Shown here: piece after piece, positions 7,119 through 14,841 of the stretch
How the letters are laid out: the number at the start of each line of letters is the position of its first letter
Numbering within the stretch: the stretch's first letter is position 1
Assembly (NCBI GenBank): GCA_037443265.1
Contig: JBBIOR010000044.1
Span: 4,878 to 19,718 of the forward strand
DNA: 14,841 nt
Origin: Candidatus Fraserbacteria bacterium
GTDB lineage: Bacteria; Bipolaricaulota; Bipolaricaulia; RBG-16-55-9
Direction: 5' to 3'
The notes under the pieces: generated by a model
Told to the model about the DNA's origin: nothing
Database searches by the model: none
What the model saw: only the letters and a program-made list of their open reading frames with translations
Translations under genes and position numbers: made by a program

Positions 7119-7574
7119 ATGCCTCCGTTCGACGCCGCGCCGGGTGATCCCCGGATGATGATTGAGGCCCTCTCCGCGCTGGGGGGGTCGTCCGGCGCCC
7201 TGGCGATGCCGGGGGGTCCCGGGGCTGCGCCGGGGGCTTCGGCACCCGGCGTCGACCCCCGGCTCCTGCGGATCCAGGCCCTGGGGCTCTCGGCGCTCGA
7301 CCGCGTCTTGCAGCGGGACCCGAGCGGCGAGCTAGCCCTGGAGCAGATCCGGCGGGCGCTGGAACTCTCGCAGACGCTCCTCGCGGCGGTGCTGCCGATG
7401 GTGACCGCGTGGAATCCCAAGGTCGCCAAGGACCTCCACGTCATCGGGCGTCAGATTGCCGATGCCCGTATGAACTTGAGCAAGGAGGACGAGCCGGGCC
7501 CGCCGCCCGAGGCGATGATGTCGGGGATGCCGGCGAATACCGGGATCCCCGGAGGCCCCGCGGCGCTGGGCTAG
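7119..7574 (+). CDS. Head-module protein with helical core and Gly/Pro/Met-rich termini, 151 aa
   Basis: Coupled to the upstream gene; strong codon bias; lies just upstream of the scaffold gene. Confidence 0.8.
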   Translation: MPPFDAAPGDPRMMIEALSALGGSSGALAMPGGPGAAPGASAPGVDPRLLRIQALGLSALDRVLQRDPSGELALEQIRRALELSQTLLAAVLPMVTAWNPKVAKDLHVIGRQIADARMNLSKEDEPGPPPEAMMSGMPANTGIPGGPAALG

Positions 7575-7590
7575 CCCGCGGGCCGTTCCC

Positions 7591-7647
7591 CCTCCGATGA
7601 CCCCTCGACGGAGTCCTTCCGGACCACCCGTCGGGGGAGTTGAGAGG
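7591..7647 (+). promoter_or_regulatory. Long stem-loop in the scaffold 5' leader covering the purine-rich RBS region
   Basis: 7602-7611 pairs with 7628-7637 (10 bp, one G-U). Inner hairpin GTCC-TTCC-GGAC at 7613-7624. Outer imperfect stem 7591-7598 / 7639-7647. Confidence 0.55.
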
Positions 7648-7658
7648 CGAGCCGTTCC

Positions 7659-8426
7659 ATGCCTACCATCGAAGAGGTCTTGGCGGATAAGAAGACCTAC
7701 CCCGACGACCTGAAGATCACTGTCGCGGATGGGGTGGAGACCACCCTCGGGCAACTTCGGGGAGGATACTTGAGGCAGGCGGACTACACGAAGAAGACGA
7801 CCGAGCTCGCGCGCCAGCGCGAACACCTCGAACAGCAGTGGCAGCAACAGTCCGCCGCCCTGGCCGACGCGGAACGCCGACTCCAGGAGCTCGCGGCATA
7901 CATCGTCCGAGCCAACCCGGGGGCGACGCGCGATGAGGTCAGTGAGTACTTGCAGCATGACCCCGTGGCATCCCGGCTGTACCGGGAGGCCCTCTGGCAG
8001 CGGCAGGTCCTCCAGACGATGGGCCAGGCCCTGTTGGACCTGGACCGCCGTCTGATGGAGCGGGACCGCGAGGCGATGGCGGATCAGCACCGCCGGGTCC
8101 TCGCGACCCTCAAGCAGCAGGATCCGGATCTGGACGAGGAGGCGCTCGTCCGCTTCGCCCGGGACAACTTCATCCCGCGGCTGGATCACGCCTACACGCT
8201 CTTCAAGCACGACGAGATCCTTCGTCGGGAGCGCGAGCGGGCCGCGGAGGAGGCGTCCAAGAAGGCCTACGAGAAGGCGAAGCTCGAGCTCTCGGCCCCG
8301 CCGATCCCGCTGTCCCCGCGAACGGCCTCGCCGCCACCGGAGACCCCGCAGACCCTTGACGAGGCGGCTCAGAAGGCGACCCACGATATGGATGTGATCG
8401 GGCCGCTGATCGGAGTCGCCCCGTAA
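7659..8426 (+). CDS. Capsid scaffolding protein, 255 aa
   Basis: Motif VETTLGQLRGGYLRQADYTKKTTELA, typical of podovirus-type scaffolds; long coiled coil; Pro-rich linker before a C-terminal helix; directly upstream of the capsid gene. Confidence 0.88.
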   Translation: MPTIEEVLADKKTYPDDLKITVADGVETTLGQLRGGYLRQADYTKKTTELARQREHLEQQWQQQSAALADAERRLQELAAYIVRANPGATRDEVSEYLQHDPVASRLYREALWQRQVLQTMGQALLDLDRRLMERDREAMADQHRRVLATLKQQDPDLDEEALVRFARDNFIPRLDHAYTLFKHDEILRRERERAAEEASKKAYEKAKLELSAPPIPLSPRTASPPPETPQTLDEAAQKATHDMDVIGPLIGVAP

Positions 8427-8442
8427 TCGGAGGTTTCCATCG

Positions 8443-9420
8443 ATGCCGGCGATTGGTGCAGGCCTGAGCCAGCCCCCCTTCGCGCTGGTCAAGACGGCCG
8501 ACGCCTTCACCCAGAAGTACTTCTCGCCGATCGTCGCGGACGCGGTCTTCAAGCCGTCGCCGACGTGGTGGCGGTTGCTCCGCCGGGGCCGGAAGCTCCA
8601 CGGCGGGGCGATCGTGTGGCCGGTGCTCGCCGAGGAGGTCACGGGTGGGGGTGCCTACTGGGGGGCGCAGATCCTGGACACGACCATCTACGACACGGTG
8701 CGCCCCGCTCAGCTGGAGTGGAAGGCCTACTACCAGCCGATCGTCATCCCGTACACGGACCTGGTGTTGAACAGCGGTCCGACCCAGGTGGTCAATCTGA
8801 TCAAGGAGAAGGAGGAGGAGGCGATGGCCAACCTCCTCCAGAAGCTGAGCCGGGCCCTGTTCAAGGTCCCGCCGCAGAACACGGCGCAGGATCTGGACTC
8901 GCTGGTCGACGCGGTGGCGTCGGACGCCAATGTCTACGCCGGGATCGACCGGGCGACGAACGCCTTCTGGAAGCCGTTCGTCCGGACGACCGCGGAGGCC
9001 ATCAGCGACGCCGCGCTCCAGACCGTGTATAACGCGATCGTGTACGGGAACGAGGAGCCCGATACGATCATCACCACCCACGCGGGCTTCAACAACTTCC
9101 GGGCGCTCCTGGTGGGGAACATCCGGTACCCGGACCCTGACCAGGAGACGATTCGCGCCGGCTTCCGCCGCCACCTCGTGTTCAACAACGCGGTGGTGGT
9201 CCAGGACCGGTGGGTGGCGGACTCCCCGACGGTCGCGATGTACTTCCTCAACACCCGCTATATCGACGTCCACTTCCATGAGCGGGAGTACTTCGTCGTC
9301 GACCCGTTCGTGCGGCCTCATAACCAGCGGGTCCTGATCTCGGGGGTGTACGTGATGCTGAACCTCCAGGTCCGGAACCCGCGGCTGCAGGGCGCCCACA
9401 CGGGCCTGACGAACGACTAG
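8443..9420 (+). CDS. Major capsid protein (HK97 fold), 325 aa
   Basis: SD GGAGGT; position after the scaffold. Segments GGAIVWPV, AQLEWKAYYQPIVI, YAGIDRA..FWK, PDTIITT, MYFLNTRYI, NLQVRNPRLQG match podovirus-type coat proteins. Confidence 0.92.
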   Translation: MPAIGAGLSQPPFALVKTADAFTQKYFSPIVADAVFKPSPTWWRLLRRGRKLHGGAIVWPVLAEEVTGGGAYWGAQILDTTIYDTVRPAQLEWKAYYQPIVIPYTDLVLNSGPTQVVNLIKEKEEEAMANLLQKLSRALFKVPPQNTAQDLDSLVDAVASDANVYAGIDRATNAFWKPFVRTTAEAISDAALQTVYNAIVYGNEEPDTIITTHAGFNNFRALLVGNIRYPDPDQETIRAGFRRHLVFNNAVVVQDRWVADSPTVAMYFLNTRYIDVHFHEREYFVVDPFVRPHNQRVLISGVYVMLNLQVRNPRLQGAHTGLTND

Positions 9421-9431
9421 CGGAGGTCGAG

Positions 9432-9824
9432 ATGGCCTTTGAGATTACCAACCTCGCGGTCCCGACGCTCGACGCGCGGATGCTGCCGGCCGCGCGCTTC
9501 CAGCTGGCTGACCAAACGGCGACGAGCGGGGCCCAGGCGGCACCGACCCCTCTCCGGGTGTGGCGGGCCATCATCTACCAGAAGGCCTTCACGGCCGGGA
9601 CGGGGACGGTCGGCCCGATCTACGCGATCGAGGTGGCGGATGACTCCGCCTTCACGTCGAACGTCCGGCGGATTGCCCACGTCCAGGTCAACCGAGCCGA
9701 CGAACAGACCGCGCTGCTCATCGGGATGACGCCCTTCGCGGCCGGTCAGCAGTACGCGCGCATCGTCCTCACACTGAACGGGACGGATGCCGCGACGTAC
9801 GACGCCCTGCTGGAGGGCGTGTAA
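9432..9824 (+). CDS. Probable capsid decoration/cement (beta-sandwich) protein, 130 aa
   Basis: SD GGAGGT; immediately after the capsid gene; Thr/Ala-rich beta-strand pattern (IEVADDSAFTSN, QYARIVLT). Function inferred from position. Confidence 0.6.
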   Translation: MAFEITNLAVPTLDARMLPAARFQLADQTATSGAQAAPTPLRVWRAIIYQKAFTAGTGTVGPIYAIEVADDSAFTSNVRRIAHVQVNRADEQTALLIGMTPFAAGQQYARIVLTLNGTDAATYDALLEGV

Positions 9825-9835
9825 CGCTTCGGCGT

Positions 9836-9877
9836 GGAGGATCACCCGGGGCGGTGACCCGCCCCGGGTTGACCTCC
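9836..9877 (+). terminator. Strong GC hairpin after the head genes (putative terminator or mRNA-stabilising stem; no U-tract)
   Basis: Perfect 11-bp stem ACCCGGGGCGG (9844-9854) / CCGCCCCGGGT (9859-9869), loop TGAC, extendable by GGAGG/CCTCC. Preceded by a cUUCGg hairpin at 9824-9835. Confidence 0.6.
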
Positions 9878-9940
9878 GGGGCGGAGGGATGATCAGGGTC
9901 CGCGGCACTCTGGGCGCGGGACGCGCGATGGGCTCCCTCG

Positions 9941-10861
9941 ATGGCTGATCTTCGGAATTTGATCCTCTCGATCCGCGCCCAGATCCCGGATCCGGCGGAG
10001 GCCGATGACCCCGACCTCGACGGGCCGGCCTTCCGGACGGCGGATCTCTTGAGGTGGGTCAATGATGCGGGGCGTCTGATCGCCTCGCGGGTCCCCGCCA
10101 TTCAGGATTGGTATGGGTTCCCCTCCGAGATTGGCCAGGATGTCTACGAGCTCCCGGAGTGGATTACCTCCGTCGAGCAGCTCTGGTATGAGCTGCTCCC
10201 GGCGACGCGATCCTCCGTCTTCGAGGGGACGCTGATCTCCAAAGTTCAGGGCCGCGCCTGGTGGTTTGCCCCCCACGCGGTCGGATCCCGGCCCGCGATC
10301 CACCTCTGGCCGACGCCCTCGGAAGCGGGGACGTCCACGACCCTCGCGGCGGACCTGTCCGCCTCGGACACGACGGCCATCCTGGCGTCGACCGCGGGCT
10401 TCCGCGCCTACGGGTTCGTCCGCCTTGGCAGTGCAGGGGCGGAGTTCAATCCGCTCCCCTTCCCTGAGGTGGCTCGGTATGCGGCCCTCTCGGGGTCACA
10501 GCTGACCGGGTTGGTCCGTGCCCAGGGGGGAACCATGGCCGTCGACCTCTCGGCGGGGGCCCCCGCCGTCGAGTGTAACGTCTTCCTGCGGTGCTTCCGG
10601 CTCCCCCGCCCGGTGTTCTCCGCGCGGGATCCCTTCGAGCTCCCGCCGGGCCTCTGGCCCGTCGTTGAGCTCTACGTCCTCGCGAAAGTCCGGGAGGCCG
10701 AACAAGATCACGCGACGGCCGCGCAGCTCCGCAATGAGTTCTACCAACTCGTGGACCAGCTCGGGGCGAAGTACCCGCTCGCGGTCGGGGCCCGCCAGGG
10801 CCTCCAGGTCCGTATGGCGTGGCCCGTCACGCTCTCGCCCCGGGTGGTGATCATCCCCTAA
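9941..10861 (+). CDS. Head-tail adaptor (tail tubular protein A / gp4-like) with inserted beta domain, 306 aa
   Basis: N-terminal helices ending LLRWVNDAGRLIA, GQDVYELP, IHLWPTP, and C-terminal FELPPGLWPVVELYVLAK..EQD..A, typical of adaptors; position between capsid and nozzle. Confidence 0.8.
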   Translation: MADLRNLILSIRAQIPDPAEADDPDLDGPAFRTADLLRWVNDAGRLIASRVPAIQDWYGFPSEIGQDVYELPEWITSVEQLWYELLPATRSSVFEGTLISKVQGRAWWFAPHAVGSRPAIHLWPTPSEAGTSTTLAADLSASDTTAILASTAGFRAYGFVRLGSAGAEFNPLPFPEVARYAALSGSQLTGLVRAQGGTMAVDLSAGAPAVECNVFLRCFRLPRPVFSARDPFELPPGLWPVVELYVLAKVREAEQDHATAAQLRNEFYQLVDQLGAKYPLAVGARQGLQVRMAWPVTLSPRVVIIP

Positions 10862-12432
10862 TGCCGGCGAATCTCCAGGCCCTCACCCAGATGGACTTCA
10901 GTGGGGGGGCCAACTATGTCGTCAATCCGTACCTCATCCCCCCGAACCAGCTGGCGGATGCGCGCAATGTCGTCTTCGACGAGCATGGGTCGATCCGGGT
11001 TCGAGACGGGCTGAAGAGGGTGGCGACCTCTCCGCTCACCGACCAGCCGATTCTCTTCCGGGGGTACCTCGTCCGGGACTCCGGCACGGAGGATCCGTTC
11101 ATCATCCAGCGTGTGGCGTCTGGCGTGAACCGACTGTATCGTCAGAACTCCGACGGGTCGTTCACGGCGATTCAGTTCGCCGGGGGCGCGGATTTCTCGC
11201 TGGGGGAGGATCTGCCCGACGCCGTCACCGTGGGGAACACGGCGGTCATCCTCAACGGGTACGAGACGCCCGCGCGGTTCGATGGGACGACGCTGACTCG
11301 GATCACCGCGGGCACGGGGGAGACCGTTCCTCCCGGCGGCCGGCATGGCGCCTTCCACCTGGGGTCGCTCTGGCTGTGGAACACCGCCGCGGCGGATACC
11401 ACCCTGGACGGCCCGTCGAGCCTGCGGATGAGCGGGCCGAACGATCCGAACAGTTGGCCCAACGCGAACCAGACCTTCGTCGGGAAAGGGGACGGTCAGG
11501 TCGGGATGGGGATGACCTCCTTCACCATCGTCGAGACGGGGATCTCCCCGACGGCGACGTTGGTGCTCTTCAAAAACTACTCGGCCTATCAGGTCACGGG
11601 GACGTTCGGGTCATCGAACTTCGGGGTGCAGCGGATCAAGACCGACATGGGGTGCATCGCCCCGCGGACGATTCAGTTCGTCTCGGGATTCGGCGTGATC
11701 CGACTGACCCACAAGGGCTTCGCGCTCTACAACGGGGTCGAGGACCGGTTGATCTCCGAACCGGTCCGCCCCGCGATCTTCGGCGGGGGGGAATTCACCC
11801 CCCTCGATTTCTCGACGATCCACCTCTCGTGGGCCGCCCAGGCTCAGAATCCGCCGCTGTACCTGGCCGCATGCCCTGAGTCGGGGACGTCCTTGACGCG
11901 GATCTTCGTCTACGACCTCATCCGGCGGGGCTGGTCGATCGTCGCCTTCCCCGGACCGGGCATTCGGTGCCTGACGACGGTGTTCCCCGTCTCGCGCTTC
12001 CCCCACGTCGAGCTCGGGACGACCACCGGAGGCGAGATCCATGAGTGGTTCACCGGGGAGGTGACGGACAACGGGACGGAGATCTCGTGGGAGGTGGAAA
12101 CCCGCGCGTTCTCCGGGCGTAGCCCGCTGACTCCGGCGTACTTTCGGCGGGCGATGGTTCTCGGGTCGGCTGGGCGCACCCCCATCACCGTCCAGCCCAT
12201 CGTGGACGAGGTCAGCCGCGACCCGCTGATCTACACCCCCCAGGCCGATGAGACCAGCTCGGCGCGCGAGCTCCGGTGGGAGATCCCGTTGATGGTCAAA
12301 GCGCGTCAGGTCCGGCTTCGGATCTCGGGATCGGGTCCGGCGCGGGTCCGAGGCGTCGAAGTCCACGTTGGTCCGCAACCGCTGTCCCCGTCCACGCTCG
12401 CGCAACGCCGTGGACGGACTCCGGGGGCGTAG
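10861..12432 (+). CDS. Tail nozzle / tail tubular protein B (P22 gp10 / T7 gp12-like), 523 aa
   Basis: TAATG overlap with the adaptor stop (track start 10819 is too early). DFSGG...NQLADARNV..GSIRVRDG, beta-propeller-like middle, GCIAPRTI, IFVYD...W, and C-terminal ARQVRLRISG. Confidence 0.85.
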   Translation: MPANLQALTQMDFSGGANYVVNPYLIPPNQLADARNVVFDEHGSIRVRDGLKRVATSPLTDQPILFRGYLVRDSGTEDPFIIQRVASGVNRLYRQNSDGSFTAIQFAGGADFSLGEDLPDAVTVGNTAVILNGYETPARFDGTTLTRITAGTGETVPPGGRHGAFHLGSLWLWNTAAADTTLDGPSSLRMSGPNDPNSWPNANQTFVGKGDGQVGMGMTSFTIVETGISPTATLVLFKNYSAYQVTGTFGSSNFGVQRIKTDMGCIAPRTIQFVSGFGVIRLTHKGFALYNGVEDRLISEPVRPAIFGGGEFTPLDFSTIHLSWAAQAQNPPLYLAACPESGTSLTRIFVYDLIRRGWSIVAFPGPGIRCLTTVFPVSRFPHVELGTTTGGEIHEWFTGEVTDNGTEISWEVETRAFSGRSPLTPAYFRRAMVLGSAGRTPITVQPIVDEVSRDPLIYTPQADETSSARELRWEIPLMVKARQVRLRISGSGPARVRGVEVHVGPQPLSPSTLAQRRGRTPGA

Positions 12433-12439
12433 GGCACCT

Positions 12440-14311
12440 ATGGCTGGACGAATCCCGAGCATCGTGTTGGACGAGATGGCGCTGCGCCCGCTGGGAGGGC
12501 GCCGCGCGAATGTCGCCCCAGCCGGGGTCGGCCTCCGGGGCGCGGCCGCGCACTGGCCGTCGGCCGAACGCGGCATCATCCCCGAGCTTGCCGCGATCTG
12601 GCTGGACCCGGCCTTGTTGGAGCCCCCGGGAGATCTCTTCGCGCGGGTCACGCGGGCCACGACGCAGCCCACGCCCACGCCCCTGATGCCTGTCCCGTCC
12701 CCGTCCCCGTCCCCGTCCCTGTCCCCGTCCCCGCCACTTCCCTCGGAGTCGGGCCCGATCCCGAATCTCGCCATCGAGGTCCCGACGACTGAGTCGTGGC
12801 CACAGATCCTCGCGACGCTGCTGCAAGTGGGGGAAGCCTGGAGAGAGCTGGCCAATTGGGTAAACCTTCCGGTGGCTCGTCCCGGTTGGGCGTCAGAGAT
12901 CCCGGAGGGGTCTCTCCTCGACGTGCCAGGCCCGGCCTTCTGGGAGGAGACCTATGGAGGCCCCGGATTGCCGCGAGGGATCGACCCGCAAGATTTCGCC
13001 CCCGGGGAGCCTATCCCGACGGTGCCCACCCGCCCGCCGTGGGCCCAGTTTGGCCCCTTCCGCGAGCCCGGGTCGATCCTCCAGGCCCCGCCCCTTCAGC
13101 TGGGCGAGCCCACGCTCGGGGGGTCGTTCGCCGAGCTCCCCGGGTTGGATCTGGGGCCCTCTCGACCCCTCTGGGCCCCGCCCGAAGGGGAGAACCTGCT
13201 CGGCGCTCGGCCGTTGAACCTCTCGCTGGATGAGGGCGTCCCCGCAGCCGCGTCGGGAGACGTCGGCACTCCGGGGATGCTCGGCCCCGCGGCGCAGACC
13301 CTCGGGGGCATTGCGGGGTTGATCTTCGCCCCCGACACGATGTCGCGCGGGATCGCGGCCATGAACACCGCCGCCGGCCTGGCGGGGATGGGCGCGGCGG
13401 CGGGCATCCTCCCCGCGGCGGCCGCGGCGTTGGGACCCGTCGTGGGGCTCGGCGCGGCCGTCCCGGTGCTCGGGAAGCTGCTCTTCGGGAAGGACCGGCC
13501 GCACTGGCCCGAGGGGTTCGTCGAGATCCCGAGTCAGGGGGGCGCGGCGGTGAACCCCGCGACGGGCGTGATCCTGTGGTATCGGGGGGGCGGCCGCTAT
13601 GAGCTCTCCCCCCAGACGCGGGAGGGGAGGCCGGTCACCCCCCAGCAGCTCGTCGAGTGGGCCATCTTCCCGCGCGGCGAGCTCGCGCAGCAGTCCGAGT
13701 ACCGAGCCGTCGTCCCCGAGATCGCGGAGCGGCTCATCCAGCAGACGGGTCCCTCCCTCGCGCCGTTCCCGACGCCCGAGTCGGTCATCCCGGCCGAGCT
13801 CCGGACGGCCCCCGAGGTGCAGGCGAGCCTCCCGCGCCTGCGGGAGACCGCGGCTCGGCAGGAGGCCCGCAACGCCCTGGAGATGGCCCAGCGGCTCCCC
13901 GAGGGCTCTAGTCCATCCGACATCACCGCGGGCCTCTCGGCGGCGGCGCGCCAAATCCTGGAACAAACCCCGGAGGCCCTCGCGCGGATCGAGCGGCCGT
14001 GGGAATTCATCACCGAGTACGGGGAACCGATTCCCCCCGCCGCGCTCCCCGCGCCGCCTCCCGCCCCGCCCCCGCCACCTCCGGCACCTCCGTCTCCCTC
14101 GAGGCCTCTGGAGCCGTCGAGGCCGAGGGGGAGGGAGGCTCCGTCATGGCTGAGCGCGCGGGAGCGCCAGCTCCTGGGCCACGACCTCTCGAACCGGGAG
14201 TACTGGAAGCGGCGAGGGTACACCGATGCCGAGATCGACAACGTGATCCGAGCCCGCGGCGGGATCGTCTCGGGGTCCGAGGCGCGGGCCCGCGGGTGGC
14301 GGTCGGCGTAA
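12440..14311 (+). CDS. Pro-rich putative internal virion / DNA ejection protein, 623 aa
   Basis: ATG 7 nt after the nozzle stop. PT/PS repeats, a long Gly/Ala hydrophobic segment (13277-13492), a poly-Pro tract, and a C-terminal RGYTDAEID motif. Position matches P22 gp7/gp20/gp16 and T7 gp14-16. Confidence 0.65.
   Translation: MAGRIPSIVLDEMALRPLGGRRANVAPAGVGLRGAAAHWPSAERGIIPELAAIWLDPALLEPPGDLFARVTRATTQPTPTPLMPVPSPSPSPSLSPSPPLPSESGPIPNLAIEVPTTESWPQILATLLQVGEAWRELANWVNLPVARPGWASEIPEGSLLDVPGPAFWEETYGGPGLPRGIDPQDFAPGEPIPTVPTRPPWAQFGPFREPGSILQAPPLQLGEPTLGGSFAELPGLDLGPSRPLWAPPEGENLLGARPLNLSLDEGVPAAASGDVGTPGMLGPAAQTLGGIAGLIFAPDTMSRGIAAMNTAAGLAGMGAAAGILPAAAAALGPVVGLGAAVPVLGKLLFGKDRPHWPEGFVEIPSQGGAAVNPATGVILWYRGGGRYELSPQTREGRPVTPQQLVEWAIFPRGELAQQSEYRAVVPEIAERLIQQTGPSLAPFPTPESVIPAELRTAPEVQASLPRLRETAARQEARNALEMAQRLPEGSSPSDITAGLSAAARQILEQTPEALARIERPWEFITEYGEPIPPAALPAPPPAPPPPPPAPPSPSRPLEPSRPRGREAPSWLSARERQLLGHDLSNREYWKRRGYTDAEIDNVIRARGGIVSGSEARARGWRSA
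12695..12730 (+). repeat. Hexamer tandem repeat (CCGTCC)x6, one unit CTGTCC, encoding PSPSPSPSLSPS
   Basis: Read directly from the sequence. Confidence 0.9.
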
Positions 14312-14326
14312 GCGGAGGCGACGACC

Positions 14327-14728
14327 ATGTGGTCGTTCAGCTCGGTGCTCGACACCTTGATCAAGCTCGCGCAGCTCACGCTGGCGGGGTTCGGCGCGTA
14401 TCGGATGTTCAACCCCCCGACGTTCCGTCTGCCTCCTCCGCCTCCTCCGCCTCCCCCGCCCGAGCTGCCGAAGTTCGAGTTTCCGGAGTTCGAGTTCCCC
14501 TCCTTCGAGACCCCCCCGCTCGAGCCCCCGCCGCCGAACTATGAGGCCATCGCCCAGCGGGCCAGCCGAGCGAGGGCCGACCTCCAGTCCCGAGGCGTCT
14601 TCAGCGGGGGGGCGGTCTCCATCCCCGCGATGCTCCCGCTGATCGGTGAGGACAACCCCGAGACGGTCGCGGAGGCCCTTCGGCGCTTCGGCCCGAAGTA
14701 CGGGTGGCCCGCGACGATGCCCTTCTAG
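14327..14728 (+). CDS. Putative ejection/pilot protein with N-terminal hydrophobic helix and Pro10 tract, 133 aa
   Basis: SD GGAGG; N-terminus VLDTLIKLAQLTLAGFGAY; Pro10 at 14432-14461; FEFPEFEFPSFE repeat; DLQSRGVFSGG. Confidence 0.7.
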   Translation: MWSFSSVLDTLIKLAQLTLAGFGAYRMFNPPTFRLPPPPPPPPPPELPKFEFPEFEFPSFETPPLEPPPPNYEAIAQRASRARADLQSRGVFSGGAVSIPAMLPLIGEDNPETVAEALRRFGPKYGWPATMPF

Positions 14729-14730
14729 CC

Positions 14731-14841
14731 ATGGCCTGGTACGACCGACTCTCCAGCCTCTTCAGCGATCCCCTCGGGTGGCTCGCGGGCCTCGGGTCGC
14801 TTGGGAACCTCTACGCGGGCTACCAGCAGCAGCGGCTCTTC
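14731..14841 (+). CDS. Putative DNA pilot/ejection protein, 3'-truncated (MAWYDRLSSLFSDPLGWLAGLGSLGNLYAGYQQQRLF...)
   Basis: ATG 2 nt after the previous stop and open to the window end. A Gly-rich hydrophobic helix followed by a Gln run, as in pilot-protein N-termini. Confidence 0.65.
   Translation, partial: MAWYDRLSSLFSDPLGWLAGLGSLGNLYAGYQQQRLF

Larger units (their letters stand above)
1..14841 (+). mobile_element. Tailed phage/prophage virion morphogenesis module (P22/T7-like podovirus architecture); extends beyond both window edges
   Basis: About 22 tightly packed co-oriented ORFs in the order terminase, portal, scaffold, capsid, adaptor, nozzle, ejection-type proteins. No prohead protease, tail tube or tape measure in the usual positions. 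Confidence 0.95.

Noticed and set aside
7594..7640. Kink-turn / box C-like motif (CGATGA...GA) in the scaffold leader
   Set aside because: Tandem GA pairs are possible but the flanking canonical stem does not pair convincingly.
9418..9434. TAG recoding or capsid read-through into the decoration gene
   Set aside because: The downstream gene is in a different frame and has its own SD, no slippery heptamer is visible, and TAG stops fall at natural protein ends.
9825..9940. tRNA or known ncRNA in the intergenic gap
   Set aside because: No cloverleaf, T-loop (GTTCRA) or CCA end, and no family I can recognise by eye.
12695..12730. CCGTCC array as CRISPR or phase-variation locus
   Set aside because: No spacers; the unit is a multiple of 3 and simply encodes a Pro-Ser linker.
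1..14841. Apparent abundance of GATC/CGATCG sites as a methylation signature
   Set aside because: Largely explained by ATC (Ile) and GAT codons after G-ending codons; cannot be judged without a codon-controlled count.

Overview
The whole window is one co-oriented (+ strand), very GC-rich (roughly 70% by eye) virion-morphogenesis operon of a tailed phage or prophage, with P22/T7-like (podovirus) architecture. The core order is: large terminase (1684-3429), P22-type portal (4073-5833), scaffolding protein (7659-8426), major capsid protein (8443-9420), a probable decoration/cement protein, a head-tail adaptor, a tail nozzle (tubular protein B / gp10-like), then Pro/Gly/Ala-rich probable DNA-ejection proteins running off the right edge. 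Most long ORFs in the supplied track are GC-rich shadow frames, and several real starts lie downstream of the track's starts. Reading the gaps by hand gives several small genes missing from the track. One is a 10-aa protamine-like peptide MRRKSHRRKR (6903-6935) behind the strongest Shine-Dalgarno in the window. The others are a 57-aa protein with an Arg-rich tail coupled to terL, a 47-aa CxxC/CxxC zinc ribbon and a 51-aa Lys/Pro-rich protein. Also notable are a stand-alone HExxH metallopeptidase upstream of terL, a deviant terminase Walker A, an SD-sequestering hairpin before the scaffold gene, and a hairpin with alternative pairings between the head and tail genes. No RNA genes, CRISPR array, integrase or lysis genes are visible. 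All family assignments come from motif recognition and synteny, not database searches.
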